From contig JAWBCC010000005.1 of NCBI GenBank assembly GCA_038823825.1, positions 14,691-46,690 of the forward strand: 32,000 nucleotides of DNA, written 5' to 3'. How positions within the stretch are numbered: the stretch's first letter is position 1; each line of letters starts with the position of its first letter. The notes under the pieces were generated by a model that was not told where the DNA came from, did not search any database, and saw nothing but the letters and a program-made list of their open reading frames with translations. Below, piece after piece: positions 1 through 8,874 of this stretch. Source of the stretch: Candidatus Hadarchaeales archaeon (lineage in GTDB: Archaea; Hadarchaeota; Hadarchaeia; Hadarchaeales; Hadarchaeaceae). The position numbers and the translations under genes are program-made.

Positions 1-338
1 TGATTGACATGCCCCCTGGAACTGGTGAGGAGATTCTCGAAACCAGCAAAATTCTTGAGAGGGGGGAGTTTGTAATCGTGACTACTCCTTCTCTTCTTTC
101 GATCGAAACTGTCAAGAGGTTGATTCTCGCTCTTAAAGAACTCGAAGTGGAAATCTCCGGAGTTATAGAAAACATGGGGGATGGCAATAAGGCCAAAAAA
201 CTCTCCAAGGAATACAAAATCAGGTTTCTTGGCAATGTGAGATATGATGAAAATCTGGAAAAAGCAATTGGAAAACCAAACAAACTTTTGAAAACCAAAA
301 TATCGAAAGACCTTCAAAAGATACTGCAAATCCTATAG
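1..338 (+). CDS. Mrp/NBP35-family P-loop ATPase, C-terminal part (truncated by window start)
   Basis: Frame is open from the window edge (..ID-MPPGTGEEILETSKILERGEFVIVTTPSLLSIETVKR..), matching the conserved D-PPGTG(D/E)E motif and C-terminus of Mrp/ApbC ATPases; stop at 338. Confidence 0.85.
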   Translation, partial: IDMPPGTGEEILETSKILERGEFVIVTTPSLLSIETVKRLILALKELEVEISGVIENMGDGNKAKKLSKEYKIRFLGNVRYDENLEKAIGKPNKLLKTKISKDLQKILQIL

Positions 339-349
339 AAAAGAACTTT

Positions 350-1012
350 TTAGAAATCCAAACGGAGAGAAAACCAAGATTTTTCGGCATGATTCTGCAG
401 AATCTGCAGGATACCTTTAACATGCGCGGCTCCAACAACACACACGACTTTCTTATCGGAGTTTAGAAGAGGAAGCAGTCTATTTGCCATTATGACATTC
501 CGCTGTTCAACTAATATTTTGTACGTGAACGGAAAGAACTTTCTAAAATCCGACAAAAGCTTTTCCACCGTTTCCTCCTCCGTGAGATCGCTGATTTTCT
601 TCTCGAAAGGCATGAAAAGAGAAAAAAGTATTTGAAGACCCATCAGAAACTTTTCCCTAAGCGGAATCCCCATCAGCTGTCGAATTGTTATCTCCATATC
701 CTGATCGATCAGCATGATCAGAGCTCCCACTTTTCTAGCTTCCTCAATCGCTGTCAGCATTTCTTCTCCAATTGGTGAGCCCGTCAATTTTGCTAACCTT
801 TCTTGAAAGATGTAAATTAAACGGATAAGAATAGACGAATTCTGAGTCTTCCAAGTTCCGTAGGTTAGAGCATGATAGCGCGCTGGACAGAGTTCCAAAC
901 AGACAACCTCTGGTTTTTCTTTCGCTATCAATTCCCTAACTTCTCTCACGCTTTCTGGTAAAACATGTCCCACACCCAAGATTATGAAGCCATCTCTGAC
1001 TTTTTTCAACAC
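350..1012 (-). CDS. TraB-family (TraB/GumN/PrgY) protein
   Basis: FIILGVGHVLPESVREVRELIAKEKPEVVCLELCPARYHAL and VVCVVGAAHVKGI are TraB-like motifs (GxxH, ExxxxR, GAxHxxG). Confidence 0.85.
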   Translation of the reverse strand: MLKKVRDGFIILGVGHVLPESVREVRELIAKEKPEVVCLELCPARYHALTYGTWKTQNSSILIRLIYIFQERLAKLTGSPIGEEMLTAIEEARKVGALIMLIDQDMEITIRQLMGIPLREKFLMGLQILFSLFMPFEKKISDLTEEETVEKLLSDFRKFFPFTYKILVEQRNVIMANRLLPLLNSDKKVVCVVGAAHVKGILQILQNHAEKSWFSLRLDF

Positions 1013-1662
1013 TGCCGTTCACCAACTTTGTAAATCAGAAGAAGATCTTTTCCAACTTTTTCTATACCAGTTAGTTTGAGCTTTATTCCCTTCTTGACGA
1101 GCGGAATTCCTTCACCTTCAACAAGCGTTTTGGCTCTTTCTCCTCCAACGATCACAGGAGCGATCGATATCCTTATCTCGTCCACCAAGCCATGCTTGAG
1201 CATCTCCCAATTAAGAGTGGGTCCTCCTTCCAGAAGTATCTTTTTCACACCAAGCTCTGAAAGTTTCTCTAAAAGCTTTCTCAGATCTACTTTCGCTCCA
1301 TCAAAGATCCAGACATCCACTCCGGTTTTCCTTATGCTCTCGACCTTTCTTCTGTTCGCCTCCGAGGAGACTGCAACTATCGTTTTCGGATCTCCCCGGA
1401 GAACTTTTGCAGAAAGTGGTATTCTCGCCTTACCATCGACCACTACTCTGATCGGGTTTTTGCCTTTCACTCTTCTAACCGTCAGAGAGGGATCGTCGGA
1501 GAGAATCGTTCCCGCTCCAACCATTACGGCATCAACCTCCGATCTGAGCTTGTGAAGTCTGTCCAAGTCCTCCTCGCAAGATATTCTACTGTCTCCACCG
1601 ACGGTGACAACTTTTCCGTCGACTGTAACGGCTGCGTTCATTATAACGTACGGTTTTTTCAT
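1006..1662 (-). CDS. 2,5-diamino-6-(ribosylamino)-pyrimidinone 5'-phosphate reductase (RibD C-terminal-domain type)
   Basis: MNAAVTVDGKVVT..SEVDAVMVGAGTILSDDPSLTVR..ILLEGGPTLNWEML..VDEIRISIAPVIVGG is typical of stand-alone archaeal RibD_C reductases in riboflavin/F420 biosynthesis. Confidence 0.88.
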   Translation of the reverse strand: MKKPYVIMNAAVTVDGKVVTVGGDSRISCEEDLDRLHKLRSEVDAVMVGAGTILSDDPSLTVRRVKGKNPIRVVVDGKARIPLSAKVLRGDPKTIVAVSSEANRRKVESIRKTGVDVWIFDGAKVDLRKLLEKLSELGVKKILLEGGPTLNWEMLKHGLVDEIRISIAPVIVGGERAKTLVEGEGIPLVKKGIKLKLTGIEKVGKDLLLIYKVGERQC

Positions 1663-1701
1663 CCAAACAAAAACCGTGTCGCAGGGTTTAAACCGTTAAG
1701 G

Positions 1702-1774
1702 GGCCAGGGCCGGGATTCGAACCCGGGCTGCGGGATCCACAGTCCCGAATGCTAACCGCTACACTACCCTGGCC
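1702..1774 (-). tRNA. tRNA-His (GTG)
   Basis: Minus strand GGCCAGGGTAGTGTAGCGGTTAGCATTCGGGACTGTGGATCCCGCAGCCCGGGTTCGAATCCCGGCCCTGGCC; anticodon GTG, encoded extra 5' G(-1) opposite C73, T-loop TTCGAAT; no encoded CCA. Confidence 0.95.
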
Positions 1775-1835
1775 GCCAAAATTTTCTCGACAGACTTGGA
1801 TTTATCTCTTGCGTCCAAAAATTCTCATGACAAAA

Positions 1836-2117
1836 CTAAACCCGCTGCTTCTTTTGGAGAAATAGAAGATATGCCATCCAGACCAAAAATACTGGTAAAA
1901 GCATGACGAGCCCGAGCAGGATCCCATTCGATATCATCCCTTCAGTTTCCATCTCGAAAAACTCTCCCCCCTCATAGCCAAGCACATGGTCTACCAATAT
2001 CATGATGGTCGCTCCCCACAACATGAGACCCAAGATGTCCAATCTATACCGCTTCGGGGCAAAAAGCCAGAGAATTGTCACGATGATGGCCGCGACAAAT
2101 GTTGTAACCAGCCACAA
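1836..2117 (-). CDS. small membrane protein, function unknown (paralogue of the adjacent ORF)
   Basis: 93 aa, three apparent TM helices, shared LWGxxxMxxVxHVxxGE motif with ORF 2122..2448. Confidence 0.6.
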   Translation of the reverse strand: MWLVTTFVAAIIVTILWLFAPKRYRLDILGLMLWGATIMILVDHVLGYEGGEFFEMETEGMISNGILLGLVMLLPVFLVWMAYLLFLQKKQRV

Positions 2118-2121
2118 AAAA

Positions 2122-2448
2122 TCACCTCAAGATTCCTGTTTTCGTCCTTAGACCACTTTCAGCACGCTTGATTATGCTCGCATTGATCTTAACTATGCCA
2201 ACCCAGACGAAAACAGAAGCCAGAGCCATTGGAACGCCAATGTGAAGCATTTCCCCGAAAACGTTTCCGCCTGTTAAAAACGGTGGGTACGGGACAATTT
2301 CCCCATGCGCCACATGCTCGACCATTAGCATCAAACTGCCTCCCCAAAGCATTGCATTTAACCATCCAACATGCCATTCCTTGGGAAACTTTTTTGATAA
2401 AAGTGTGGTCAAAATTCCTAGAAAAAGCGGAACTACAAAGCAAGCCAT
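2122..2448 (-). CDS. small membrane protein, function unknown
   Basis: 108 aa hydrophobic ORF in the same operon; LNAMLWGGSLMLMVEHVAHGE resembles LGLMLWGATIMILVDHVLGYEGGE of the neighbour. Confidence 0.6.
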   Translation of the reverse strand: MACFVVPLFLGILTTLLSKKFPKEWHVGWLNAMLWGGSLMLMVEHVAHGEIVPYPPFLTGGNVFGEMLHIGVPMALASVFVWVGIVKINASIIKRAESGLRTKTGILR

Positions 2449-2480
2449 TCTTCAGCACCCCCTATCGGAGTAATATTTTT

Positions 2481-3212
2481 TTACTTATAAATATTACGAT
2501 TGCGCAATTCTTTTGCAACTTCCTCCATTGTTCGAAACTTTACACCTATACGTAGCATATTGGTGAGCACCTTCCTCAAACGTGCCTCAGCGACTTTGCC
2601 TGTTGCGAAACGACAATCCCATCTAACATTTTTCATCTCCACGAGCTCCCATGGGTGAAAATCCAAAACAAGCGGTCTGAAAACTCTCAGACCGAGCTGA
2701 ACTATAGACAAAGAAACTACTGAGGGTAATCGGAGAATGCTCGAAGGCATAGTGTTCATTATCTCGATCAGGCCCGACGTTTCTGGCCGTTGCCCCAGCC
2801 CATACACGGGAACAGAAGAATCGTAGAAATATCCGAGCTTCACAAGAGCCCGATAAGTATGTTTGTTGCATCTGAAATTCGGGCTCCTAAACCCGACGGG
2901 TCTTTTCTCGATCGTCTTCTCGATTATCTCTGTTGCGAGTTTCAATCTCCTGAACTGTTCATCGAAGGGTAACAGATCAAGCCTTTCGTGGAGGTATCCG
3001 TGACACCCCACCTCATGATTTCTGGCAATTTCCGCGATTTTATCCGGAAATCGCTCACAACATTCGCCGGTCACGAAAAAAGTTGCACGTATGCCCAATT
3101 CGTCCAACATCTTTAGAAGTCTCGGTAGTCCTTCCTCAATCCCTCTCCAAGTTTTCAGATAGGGCGGAGCGTCCTGCTCAACATCCACGGAAAAAACCGC
3201 TTCACTTGGCAA
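2481..3212 (-). CDS. polysaccharide deacetylase family protein (NodB homology domain)
   Basis: VFSVDVEQDAPPY..LLKMLDELGIRATFFVTGECCERFPDKIAEIARNHEVGCHGYLHERL..FRSPNF: NodB-type motifs (SxDVE, H(x)3-4H, RxP). Confidence 0.9.
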   Translation of the reverse strand: MPSEAVFSVDVEQDAPPYLKTWRGIEEGLPRLLKMLDELGIRATFFVTGECCERFPDKIAEIARNHEVGCHGYLHERLDLLPFDEQFRRLKLATEIIEKTIEKRPVGFRSPNFRCNKHTYRALVKLGYFYDSSVPVYGLGQRPETSGLIEIMNTMPSSILRLPSVVSLSIVQLGLRVFRPLVLDFHPWELVEMKNVRWDCRFATGKVAEARLRKVLTNMLRIGVKFRTMEEVAKELRNRNIYK

Positions 3213-4338
3213 GCCTAATTACCTCCTCGTAGACCTCCAAAACTCTTTTAGCCATGACATCAATTGTAAAATTTCGCACCGTTTCTAGACCGTTGGCCCG
3301 GAGCGATTTTGATAGATTCTCGTCTGTCAGAACTCTTACCACGGCTTTCGCTAAAGAGCTGTGGTCTCCGACTGGGACTAAGATACCATTAATGCCATCT
3401 CTGACTATGAGGCTGGAACCTGTCGTTCTTGTCGATACAACTGGAGTGCCGCTCGCCATGGCTTCAAGAATCGCCATTGGAAAGGCCTCAGAAAGAGATG
3501 GAAGAACGAAAACGTCGGCTGCAGCCATCAGCTTGGCTATCTCCGTTACAAGCTTCGGCCCTAGGAAATTTACCTTTTCTAGGATCCCAAGTTTTCTAGC
3601 GAGTTCCACGACCTCTGGGAGATCTTTACCTTTTCCAGCGATTACCAGCCTAGCGTCTGGAACTTCTTTCACAATTTCAACAAAAGCCTTCACAAGAACG
3701 TGGACTCCTTTCAGTTTTTTTATTCTAACCGCACTAAAGACCACTTTTCCGTCCAGACCATATTTTCGTTTTACTTCTTCTTTCTCCTTTTCAGATTTAG
3801 GGTAAAAAATAGACAAATCGACTCCATTCGGAACTACTCTAACTTTCCACGGAGGGACCCCAAAATTCACACACGTCTCAGCCGCCTGATCGCTCACACC
3901 AATCACCATCGTCGCCTTTTTGACCACTCTCATCATTGGATGATAGAGAACGGACCACCTGCCAATCGTCTTTCTAACAGTGTGGCACGTTATCACAGAT
4001 GGAATTCTACGTCTCTTGCAATACCAGATGGAGAAAAGCGCTGCGCTGGAGTGAATATCCTGCCCGTGTACAACATCAAAGCCACCATAACGAATCAAGT
4101 CCCTGAGCTTTTTCGCCGCCCTCCCAGAGAACATACGCATCAATACGGGAATAACGAATCCATCAAAATAACTCACATTTACATCCGGTGGGATGAATTC
4201 GCTTCCTCTGAGACGCGCTGGGAGCGCCAGCGTAACATCCACACCAATCTTCGCAAGCGCCTTGCAGAGATTGGCGGTATAGGTCGCCGCTCCGCCAATA
4301 TCCGGAGGAAACTCATCTCCAACTATCAGAACCTTCAG
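3202..4338 (-). CDS. glycosyltransferase, GT4-like
   Basis: Open frame extends past the track start (4242) to give KVLIVGDEFPPDIGGAATYTANLCKALAKIGVDVTLALP..; GT4 features VVPNGVDLSIFYP, VVFSAVRIKKLKGVHVLVKAF, VFVLPSLSEAFPMAILEAMASGTPVVST. AGGGGG upstream of a CTG at 4338 suggests a non-canonical start. Confidence 0.88.
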   Translation of the reverse strand: MKVLIVGDEFPPDIGGAATYTANLCKALAKIGVDVTLALPARLRGSEFIPPDVNVSYFDGFVIPVLMRMFSGRAAKKLRDLIRYGGFDVVHGQDIHSSAALFSIWYCKRRRIPSVITCHTVRKTIGRWSVLYHPMMRVVKKATMVIGVSDQAAETCVNFGVPPWKVRVVPNGVDLSIFYPKSEKEKEEVKRKYGLDGKVVFSAVRIKKLKGVHVLVKAFVEIVKEVPDARLVIAGKGKDLPEVVELARKLGILEKVNFLGPKLVTEIAKLMAAADVFVLPSLSEAFPMAILEAMASGTPVVSTRTTGSSLIVRDGINGILVPVGDHSSLAKAVVRVLTDENLSKSLRANGLETVRNFTIDVMAKRVLEVYEEVIRLAK

Positions 4339-4368
4339 CGCTATCCCCCTAACTAAAGCCCTGAAATC

Positions 4369-5013
4369 TTGATTAAAAAGCTCATGCTGAAGCTTCGGTT
4401 TTACTTAAGAGCTTCAAGAAATGAAGATTTGTTGGTGTTGAAGAACTTTCTGGTTACAGGAAGACCCGGAAGCGGAAAAAGCACGATTGTCGCCAAAACC
4501 GTTCAAATTTTAATCGACCAAGGGGTGAGGGTAGGGGGAATAGTCTGTCCAGAAATCAGAGATGAAAGTGGTCAAAGGATCGGATTCAAAATGAAGAACA
4601 TTCTTTCTGGGGAAGAGAGATTGCTTGCACACGTCGGGCACAAAGCAGGACCATCGGTCGGAAAATACGGCGTAATTGTAGAAAATGTAGATTATATGTC
4701 AGAAACGTCCATCTTGAACAGCTTGGAACACGTGGATGTTATCGTTATCGATGAAATCGCGCCAATGGAAACCTTCAGCGAAAAATTCAAGAAAGCTATC
4801 ACAACTGTTTTGGATTCTTCAAAGCCGCTTCTTGCCGCGATCCATATGAGAAGCATGACAGGATTTATAGGGGACATAAAAAAGAGGCCTGACGTTAAAA
4901 TCTGGGTGATAAAACCCGAAAACCGTGAAAGATTGCCTACAGAAATAGCGTCAGAAATCTTGAAAGTCCTCAGAACAGAGAAATCAGAAAATCGTATGGA
5001 GCATCCGTCCTGA
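4369..5013 (+). CDS. THEP1-type nucleoside-triphosphatase
   Basis: Reads on the + strand (TTG start at 4369, TGA at 5011-5013): FLVTGRPGSGKSTIVAKTVQILIDQGVRVGGIVCPEIRDESGQRIGFKM..GKYGVIVENVDYMSETSI..VDVIVIDEIAPMETFSEKF. The track lists it as '-'; the nucleotides contradict that. Confidence 0.9.
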   Translation: MIKKLMLKLRFYLRASRNEDLLVLKNFLVTGRPGSGKSTIVAKTVQILIDQGVRVGGIVCPEIRDESGQRIGFKMKNILSGEERLLAHVGHKAGPSVGKYGVIVENVDYMSETSILNSLEHVDVIVIDEIAPMETFSEKFKKAITTVLDSSKPLLAAIHMRSMTGFIGDIKKRPDVKIWVIKPENRERLPTEIASEILKVLRTEKSENRMEHPS

Positions 5014-6121
5014 AACCTGTTGGTGAGAAATGAGTTCTGGAAAAGAAATATCCCGATGATTTTAGGGCTTCTTCTATGCGGGAGAATTTTGGAGGAGATA
5101 TACCCGCAACGCTTGCCATTACGTTTAGATCAAAAAAGGTTGGTGGACCCTCGGCCTCATTCACGCACATAGACAAAAGCCTGAACTCTTGACTCCTCTG
5201 TCTAAACTTTCTCCGACCTACTCCTTCTAAGACTTTTAGAACAAAATTTTTGTCAAAAATCGAGCCCAGCCAAAGAGGACCGGCATGAGCTAAATCCTCT
5301 CCGCAATCACAACTTGAGGGGAGCTCCGCTGCAGTTCCTTTTGTCAAATATCTCCTGCTACATGAAAAGCAATGGGAAACAAAGCCTTGTTCTTTTAAAA
5401 CTCCAAAAGCGGATCCTGAACTTCTCTTTCCAAAAAGATAAACTCTAAGCTGGTGTCTCGACAAATGGGTAAGAAGAGGGAAAAAAGCAAGATCGTGTTT
5501 TGCCGCAACACGTTGAATGAAACCTATCAAAATTCTCGCGCCCAGTTCGTGACAGTATTCTGTCCTCAGAGAGACCGCACCGTACTTCCGTAGACATGCG
5601 GATGGAGCAGAACCGCATAGCGCCGCCGTATCGGTGGCTGTGACCGCAAGCACTCCCGCCCGGGAAAGAGAAACGCATGCTGCCTCAACAAAAGGGGCCG
5701 GTGATCCAAATGGGTCGAGATCCACGAAATTGAATCTACCGCGCATCTCGTGCAAAAGAACGTTCGCGTCGCTCCTGACAACGGACACCTCGACCATAGG
5801 CTTGTTCAACTCCAAGTTCTTTTTGATTATGTCTATCGCCTTTTGTGAAACATCGCTGATGACAACCCGTTCTACTCCTTCCACCTCACAAGCATATCTC
5901 AGACCTCGCACGCCAACTCCGGCAAACGGATCGCATATTCTCAATTTTCCCAAAATCTCCACAGCGGCCTGTGCCACGGCCACAGCGATGTCTCTAGCCA
6001 TCTCCACATGCGGATTGTAAAAGACGTCTGCTCTTGATGGAACATAATCTCCAGTTGGAGCTCTGAAATCCTCGAGACGCGGTACCTCTAGTATTACTTT
6101 TCCTTCCGTCACACGAACCAT
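4970..6121 (-). CDS. trm1: tRNA (guanine26-N2)-dimethyltransferase Trm1
   Basis: VFYNPHVEMARDIAVAVAQ..LRICDPFAGVGVRGLRYACEVEG..FNFVDLDPFGSPAPFVEAA..LSVTATDTAALCG-like motifs; zinc-type HCFSC..C.C segment. Confidence 0.93.
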   Translation of the reverse strand: MVRVTEGKVILEVPRLEDFRAPTGDYVPSRADVFYNPHVEMARDIAVAVAQAAVEILGKLRICDPFAGVGVRGLRYACEVEGVERVVISDVSQKAIDIIKKNLELNKPMVEVSVVRSDANVLLHEMRGRFNFVDLDPFGSPAPFVEAACVSLSRAGVLAVTATDTAALCGSAPSACLRKYGAVSLRTEYCHELGARILIGFIQRVAAKHDLAFFPLLTHLSRHQLRVYLFGKRSSGSAFGVLKEQGFVSHCFSCSRRYLTKGTAAELPSSCDCGEDLAHAGPLWLGSIFDKNFVLKVLEGVGRRKFRQRSQEFRLLSMCVNEAEGPPTFFDLNVMASVAGISPPKFSRIEEALKSSGYFFSRTHFSPTGFRTDAPYDFLISLF

Positions 6122-6137
6122 AGTTACCCACTAGAAT

Positions 6138-6749
6138 TCATTCGATTTCTGCTCTGAAACCCTTTCCTATGATGTAGGACTCTGCACTTTGTTTTCTAGA
6201 GGCAATCGGTTTAGAAACTTTAACAAAATCAAAATTTTTTCTGAATTCTTTGAGAATTTCTGGAAATTGTTCACCTTGGAATACTTTGACCAATGCCCGC
6301 CCGCCGGGTGAGAGAATCTTCTGGCAAATTTTAAGGACTGAGAGGACAAGTTCCGCAGATCTAGCGTGATCGACACTCCATACTCCAGTTATCCTCGGAG
6401 ATGCGTCCGAAAGCACAACATCTGCTTTCCTAGGAATTTCCTTCAAAATGCGTTCGGGCGTGGTGGAATCCAAGATATCTGCAACAATCGTTCTAACGTT
6501 TGGAAATTTCAAAGGTTTTATTGGCTGTAGGTCCACGCCTAGAACGAAGCCTTCCTCTCCAATCTTTTCGGCAGCCACCTGAAGCCAGCCACCTGGAGCT
6601 GCTCCCAGATCTACTACAACGTCTCCTCTCCTGAGAATGTTGTAGCGCTCGTTGAGCTGAATAAGCTTGAAGGCTGCCCTCGACCTATAGCCAATCTTTT
6701 TCGCTAGACAGTAATAGTGCTCTCTTTTTCTTTCCGATTTAAACGCCAA
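6138..6749 (-). CDS. FtsJ/RlmE-like rRNA 2'-O-methyltransferase
   Basis: SERKREHYYCLAKKIGYRSRAAFKLIQLNERYNILRRGDVVVDLGAAPGGWLQVAAEKIG..VLGVDLQPI..DVVLSDASPRITGVWSVDHARS..VKVFQGE. Preferred TTG start at 6749 after GGGAGGGAGG; the track start is 6794. Confidence 0.92.
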   Translation of the reverse strand: MAFKSERKREHYYCLAKKIGYRSRAAFKLIQLNERYNILRRGDVVVDLGAAPGGWLQVAAEKIGEEGFVLGVDLQPIKPLKFPNVRTIVADILDSTTPERILKEIPRKADVVLSDASPRITGVWSVDHARSAELVLSVLKICQKILSPGGRALVKVFQGEQFPEILKEFRKNFDFVKVSKPIASRKQSAESYIIGKGFRAEIE

Positions 6750-7161
6750 GAGCCTCCCTCCCGTGTGGTTTGAGACCACAAGCCTTGAAGGCATCAGCCG
6801 TGACCGACATCAAAACTGATATCTCTGGATGATAGAATAGGTGAGTCTGACATTCGCAGTCACTGGAGCCAAAACCCTCGATTGGCTGAAGTCTACTGGA
6901 GAGATTTCGAGCAACTTCACACTCTCCTCTGCCCTCTGCAAAAATGAAGTCTACAACTCTTGCTCTCGTGAGTAGATAGTCAACATGCCAATGCATCCGC
7001 TTTTTCTTTTCTAAGTGTCTCCTCACTCTTTCTTTCAAACCTCCCATTGCTGAACCAACATAGACATAATAACCCGCCCGAAAACTTTTCCTCCCCAAGG
7101 CACCGATCACGATTTCAACATCGAATGGGACTTGGATAAATAACGCGTAAGTTCCTTTCAT
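6739..7161 (-). CDS. GIY-YIG nuclease domain protein (DUF123 type)
   Basis: GTYALFIQVPFDVEIVIGALGRKSFRAGYYVYVGSAMGGLKERVRRHL..KMHWHVDYLL matches the archaeal DUF123/GIY-YIG family. Confidence 0.85.
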   Translation of the reverse strand: MKGTYALFIQVPFDVEIVIGALGRKSFRAGYYVYVGSAMGGLKERVRRHLEKKKRMHWHVDYLLTRARVVDFIFAEGRGECEVARNLSSRLQPIEGFGSSDCECQTHLFYHPEISVLMSVTADAFKACGLKPHGREALGV

Positions 7162-7622
7162 CTTAGAGATCTGCTCGCGATGGCCCTCTTTCCCGGAGAC
7201 TCCTCTACCCAGACTTCCACCTCCAAAATGTTGTTAAACTCGCCCAGTTTGTCCGAAACTTCTGATAAAATTAGACGAGCTAGTTCCTCTGCGGTCACAT
7301 TCTCAACTGGAAGAATGAGAACATCCTGCTCGGGAAAAATGTACATTCTTCCGCCGGATTTTAGAGCGAGAGATTTTCCATCGGATTCTAACGTCACATG
7401 AGAACTTCTCCCAGGTAACAGAAGCTTGTGATCATATTTCGCACAGATCTCGGACAAAATTTTTTTGAGAAGATCAAAATCTATAACCATTCCTTTCTTG
7501 TCCGTTTCCCCGCTCACTGAAACTCCAACCGTCCAATTGTGGCCGTGAACATGCTCACACCTCTCATGACCGATGAGGAAATGTGCGGCTGAAAATCCAA
7601 CCTTGGTAACCTCTATCTTCAT
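7158..7622 (-). CDS. 6-pyruvoyl-tetrahydropterin synthase / 6-carboxytetrahydropterin synthase (QueD-like)
   Basis: FSAAHFLIGHERCEHVHGHNWTVGVSVSG..GMVIDFDLLKKILSEI..YDHKLL: zinc His motifs and CxxxHGHNW. Confidence 0.9.
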   Translation of the reverse strand: MKIEVTKVGFSAAHFLIGHERCEHVHGHNWTVGVSVSGETDKKGMVIDFDLLKKILSEICAKYDHKLLLPGRSSHVTLESDGKSLALKSGGRMYIFPEQDVLILPVENVTAEELARLILSEVSDKLGEFNNILEVEVWVEESPGKRAIASRSLR

Positions 7623-7708
7623 TCAAAGAATTCTTTAGCGGCTGGAAGTTTAAAAGTCTCCAGAAAATTTTCATAGCAAACAAAACCTTTTTAAGCGGAG
7701 GTTTTCTT

Positions 7709-7721
7709 TAAAAAAGGAGGT
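7709..7721 (+). promoter_or_regulatory. ribosome-binding region of the FBP aldolase/phosphatase gene
   Basis: AAAAAAGGAGGTAAAAACATG directly before the 7728 start, with a CTTTTTAAG TATA-like element upstream. Confidence 0.6.
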
Positions 7722-7727
7722 AAAAAC

Positions 7728-8843
7728 ATGAAAACGACAATTTCCGTCATAAAGTGCGATGTGGGTTCGTTGGCAGGACATCACACTGTTCCAGAGCCTC
7801 TCATGAAAATTGCAGAAAGAAAGCTAAGCGAAGCCAAAAAGAGCGGGCTAATAAACAGCTACTATGTCTTTCACGCGGGGGACGACCTAGAGCTTCTGAT
7901 GGTTCATCAGCGTGGCGAGAACAATGAGGAGATTCACAGACTTGCTTGGGACACTTTCCAAGAGGCGGCAAAGAAGGCAATGGAACTAAAGCTCTACGCA
8001 GCCGGACAAGATATCCTGAAGACCGCATTCAGCGGAAACATCAAGGGGCTTGGTCCTGGAGTCGCCGAAATGGAGATCGAAGAGAGACAGGCGGAACCGA
8101 TCATCGTCTTCGCCGCCGACAAAACGGAACCTGGAGCGTTCAACTACCCGCTGTTCAGGATCTTCGCAGATCCATTCAACACTGCAGGACTCGTGATAGA
8201 TCCAGCGATGACCGGTGGTTTCAAGTTTGAGGTCTTGGACATTTTCGAAGACAAAAAAGTCGTCCTGAAGTGTCCGGAGGAGATGTACGATTTGATTGCT
8301 CTGATCGGCACACCTGGCCAGTATGTGATCCAAAGAGTCTACAGAGCCAGCGATAACCTCGTAGCTGCTACAACGAGCACAACAAAGCTCTGGCTGATAG
8401 CCGGAAAATACGTCGGAAAGGACGACCCGGTCTGCATAGTCAGAACACAGCATGGTTTGCCGGCTGCTGGAGAAGCGCTAGCGCCCTTCATGCACAGTTA
8501 CTTCGTTGAGGGATGGATGCGCGGAAGCCACTGGGGACCGCTGATGCCAGTTGGACTGAAGGACGCGAGATGCACGGCGTTCGATGGGCCGCCTCGAATT
8601 GTGGCGCTAGGATTCCAGGTCGTAAATGGAAAGATAGCGGAGGACGATGATGGAAGACCACTGATTGCAGATCTCTTCGATGATCCAGCATTTGAACCAG
8701 CTAGAAGAGAGGCCGCCGAGCTTGCCAGAGTTCTCAGAAGGATGGGTGAATTCGAGCCTGCCCGGCTTGGCAAAGATTCGATGGAATACACAACGCTTCC
8801 AGCTGTACTGAAGAAGCTGGAGAGCAAATTCCAAAAAGCCTAA
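7728..8843 (+). CDS. archaeal fructose-1,6-bisphosphate aldolase/phosphatase
   Basis: MKTTISVIKCDVGSLAGHHTVPEPLM..GHDLELLM-like GDDLELLMVHQRGENN..GPGVAEMEIEERQAEPI..DKTEPGAFNYPL is diagnostic of the bifunctional archaeal FBPA/P. Confidence 0.96.
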   Translation: MKTTISVIKCDVGSLAGHHTVPEPLMKIAERKLSEAKKSGLINSYYVFHAGDDLELLMVHQRGENNEEIHRLAWDTFQEAAKKAMELKLYAAGQDILKTAFSGNIKGLGPGVAEMEIEERQAEPIIVFAADKTEPGAFNYPLFRIFADPFNTAGLVIDPAMTGGFKFEVLDIFEDKKVVLKCPEEMYDLIALIGTPGQYVIQRVYRASDNLVAATTSTTKLWLIAGKYVGKDDPVCIVRTQHGLPAAGEALAPFMHSYFVEGWMRGSHWGPLMPVGLKDARCTAFDGPPRIVALGFQVVNGKIAEDDDGRPLIADLFDDPAFEPARREAAELARVLRRMGEFEPARLGKDSMEYTTLPAVLKKLESKFQKA

Positions 8844-8874
8844 AAGTCTGCCAACAACCCCAAGTTTTTCTTTT

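Noticed and set aside
1076-1555. 159-aa + strand ORF in the RibD_C region
   Set aside because: Low-complexity Ser/Thr/Pro translation typical of an antisense frame to a real gene.
1552-1755. ORF 1552..1755 (..GQGRDSNPGCGIHS..)
   Set aside because: Antisense of tRNA-His and of the RibD_C gene; spurious.
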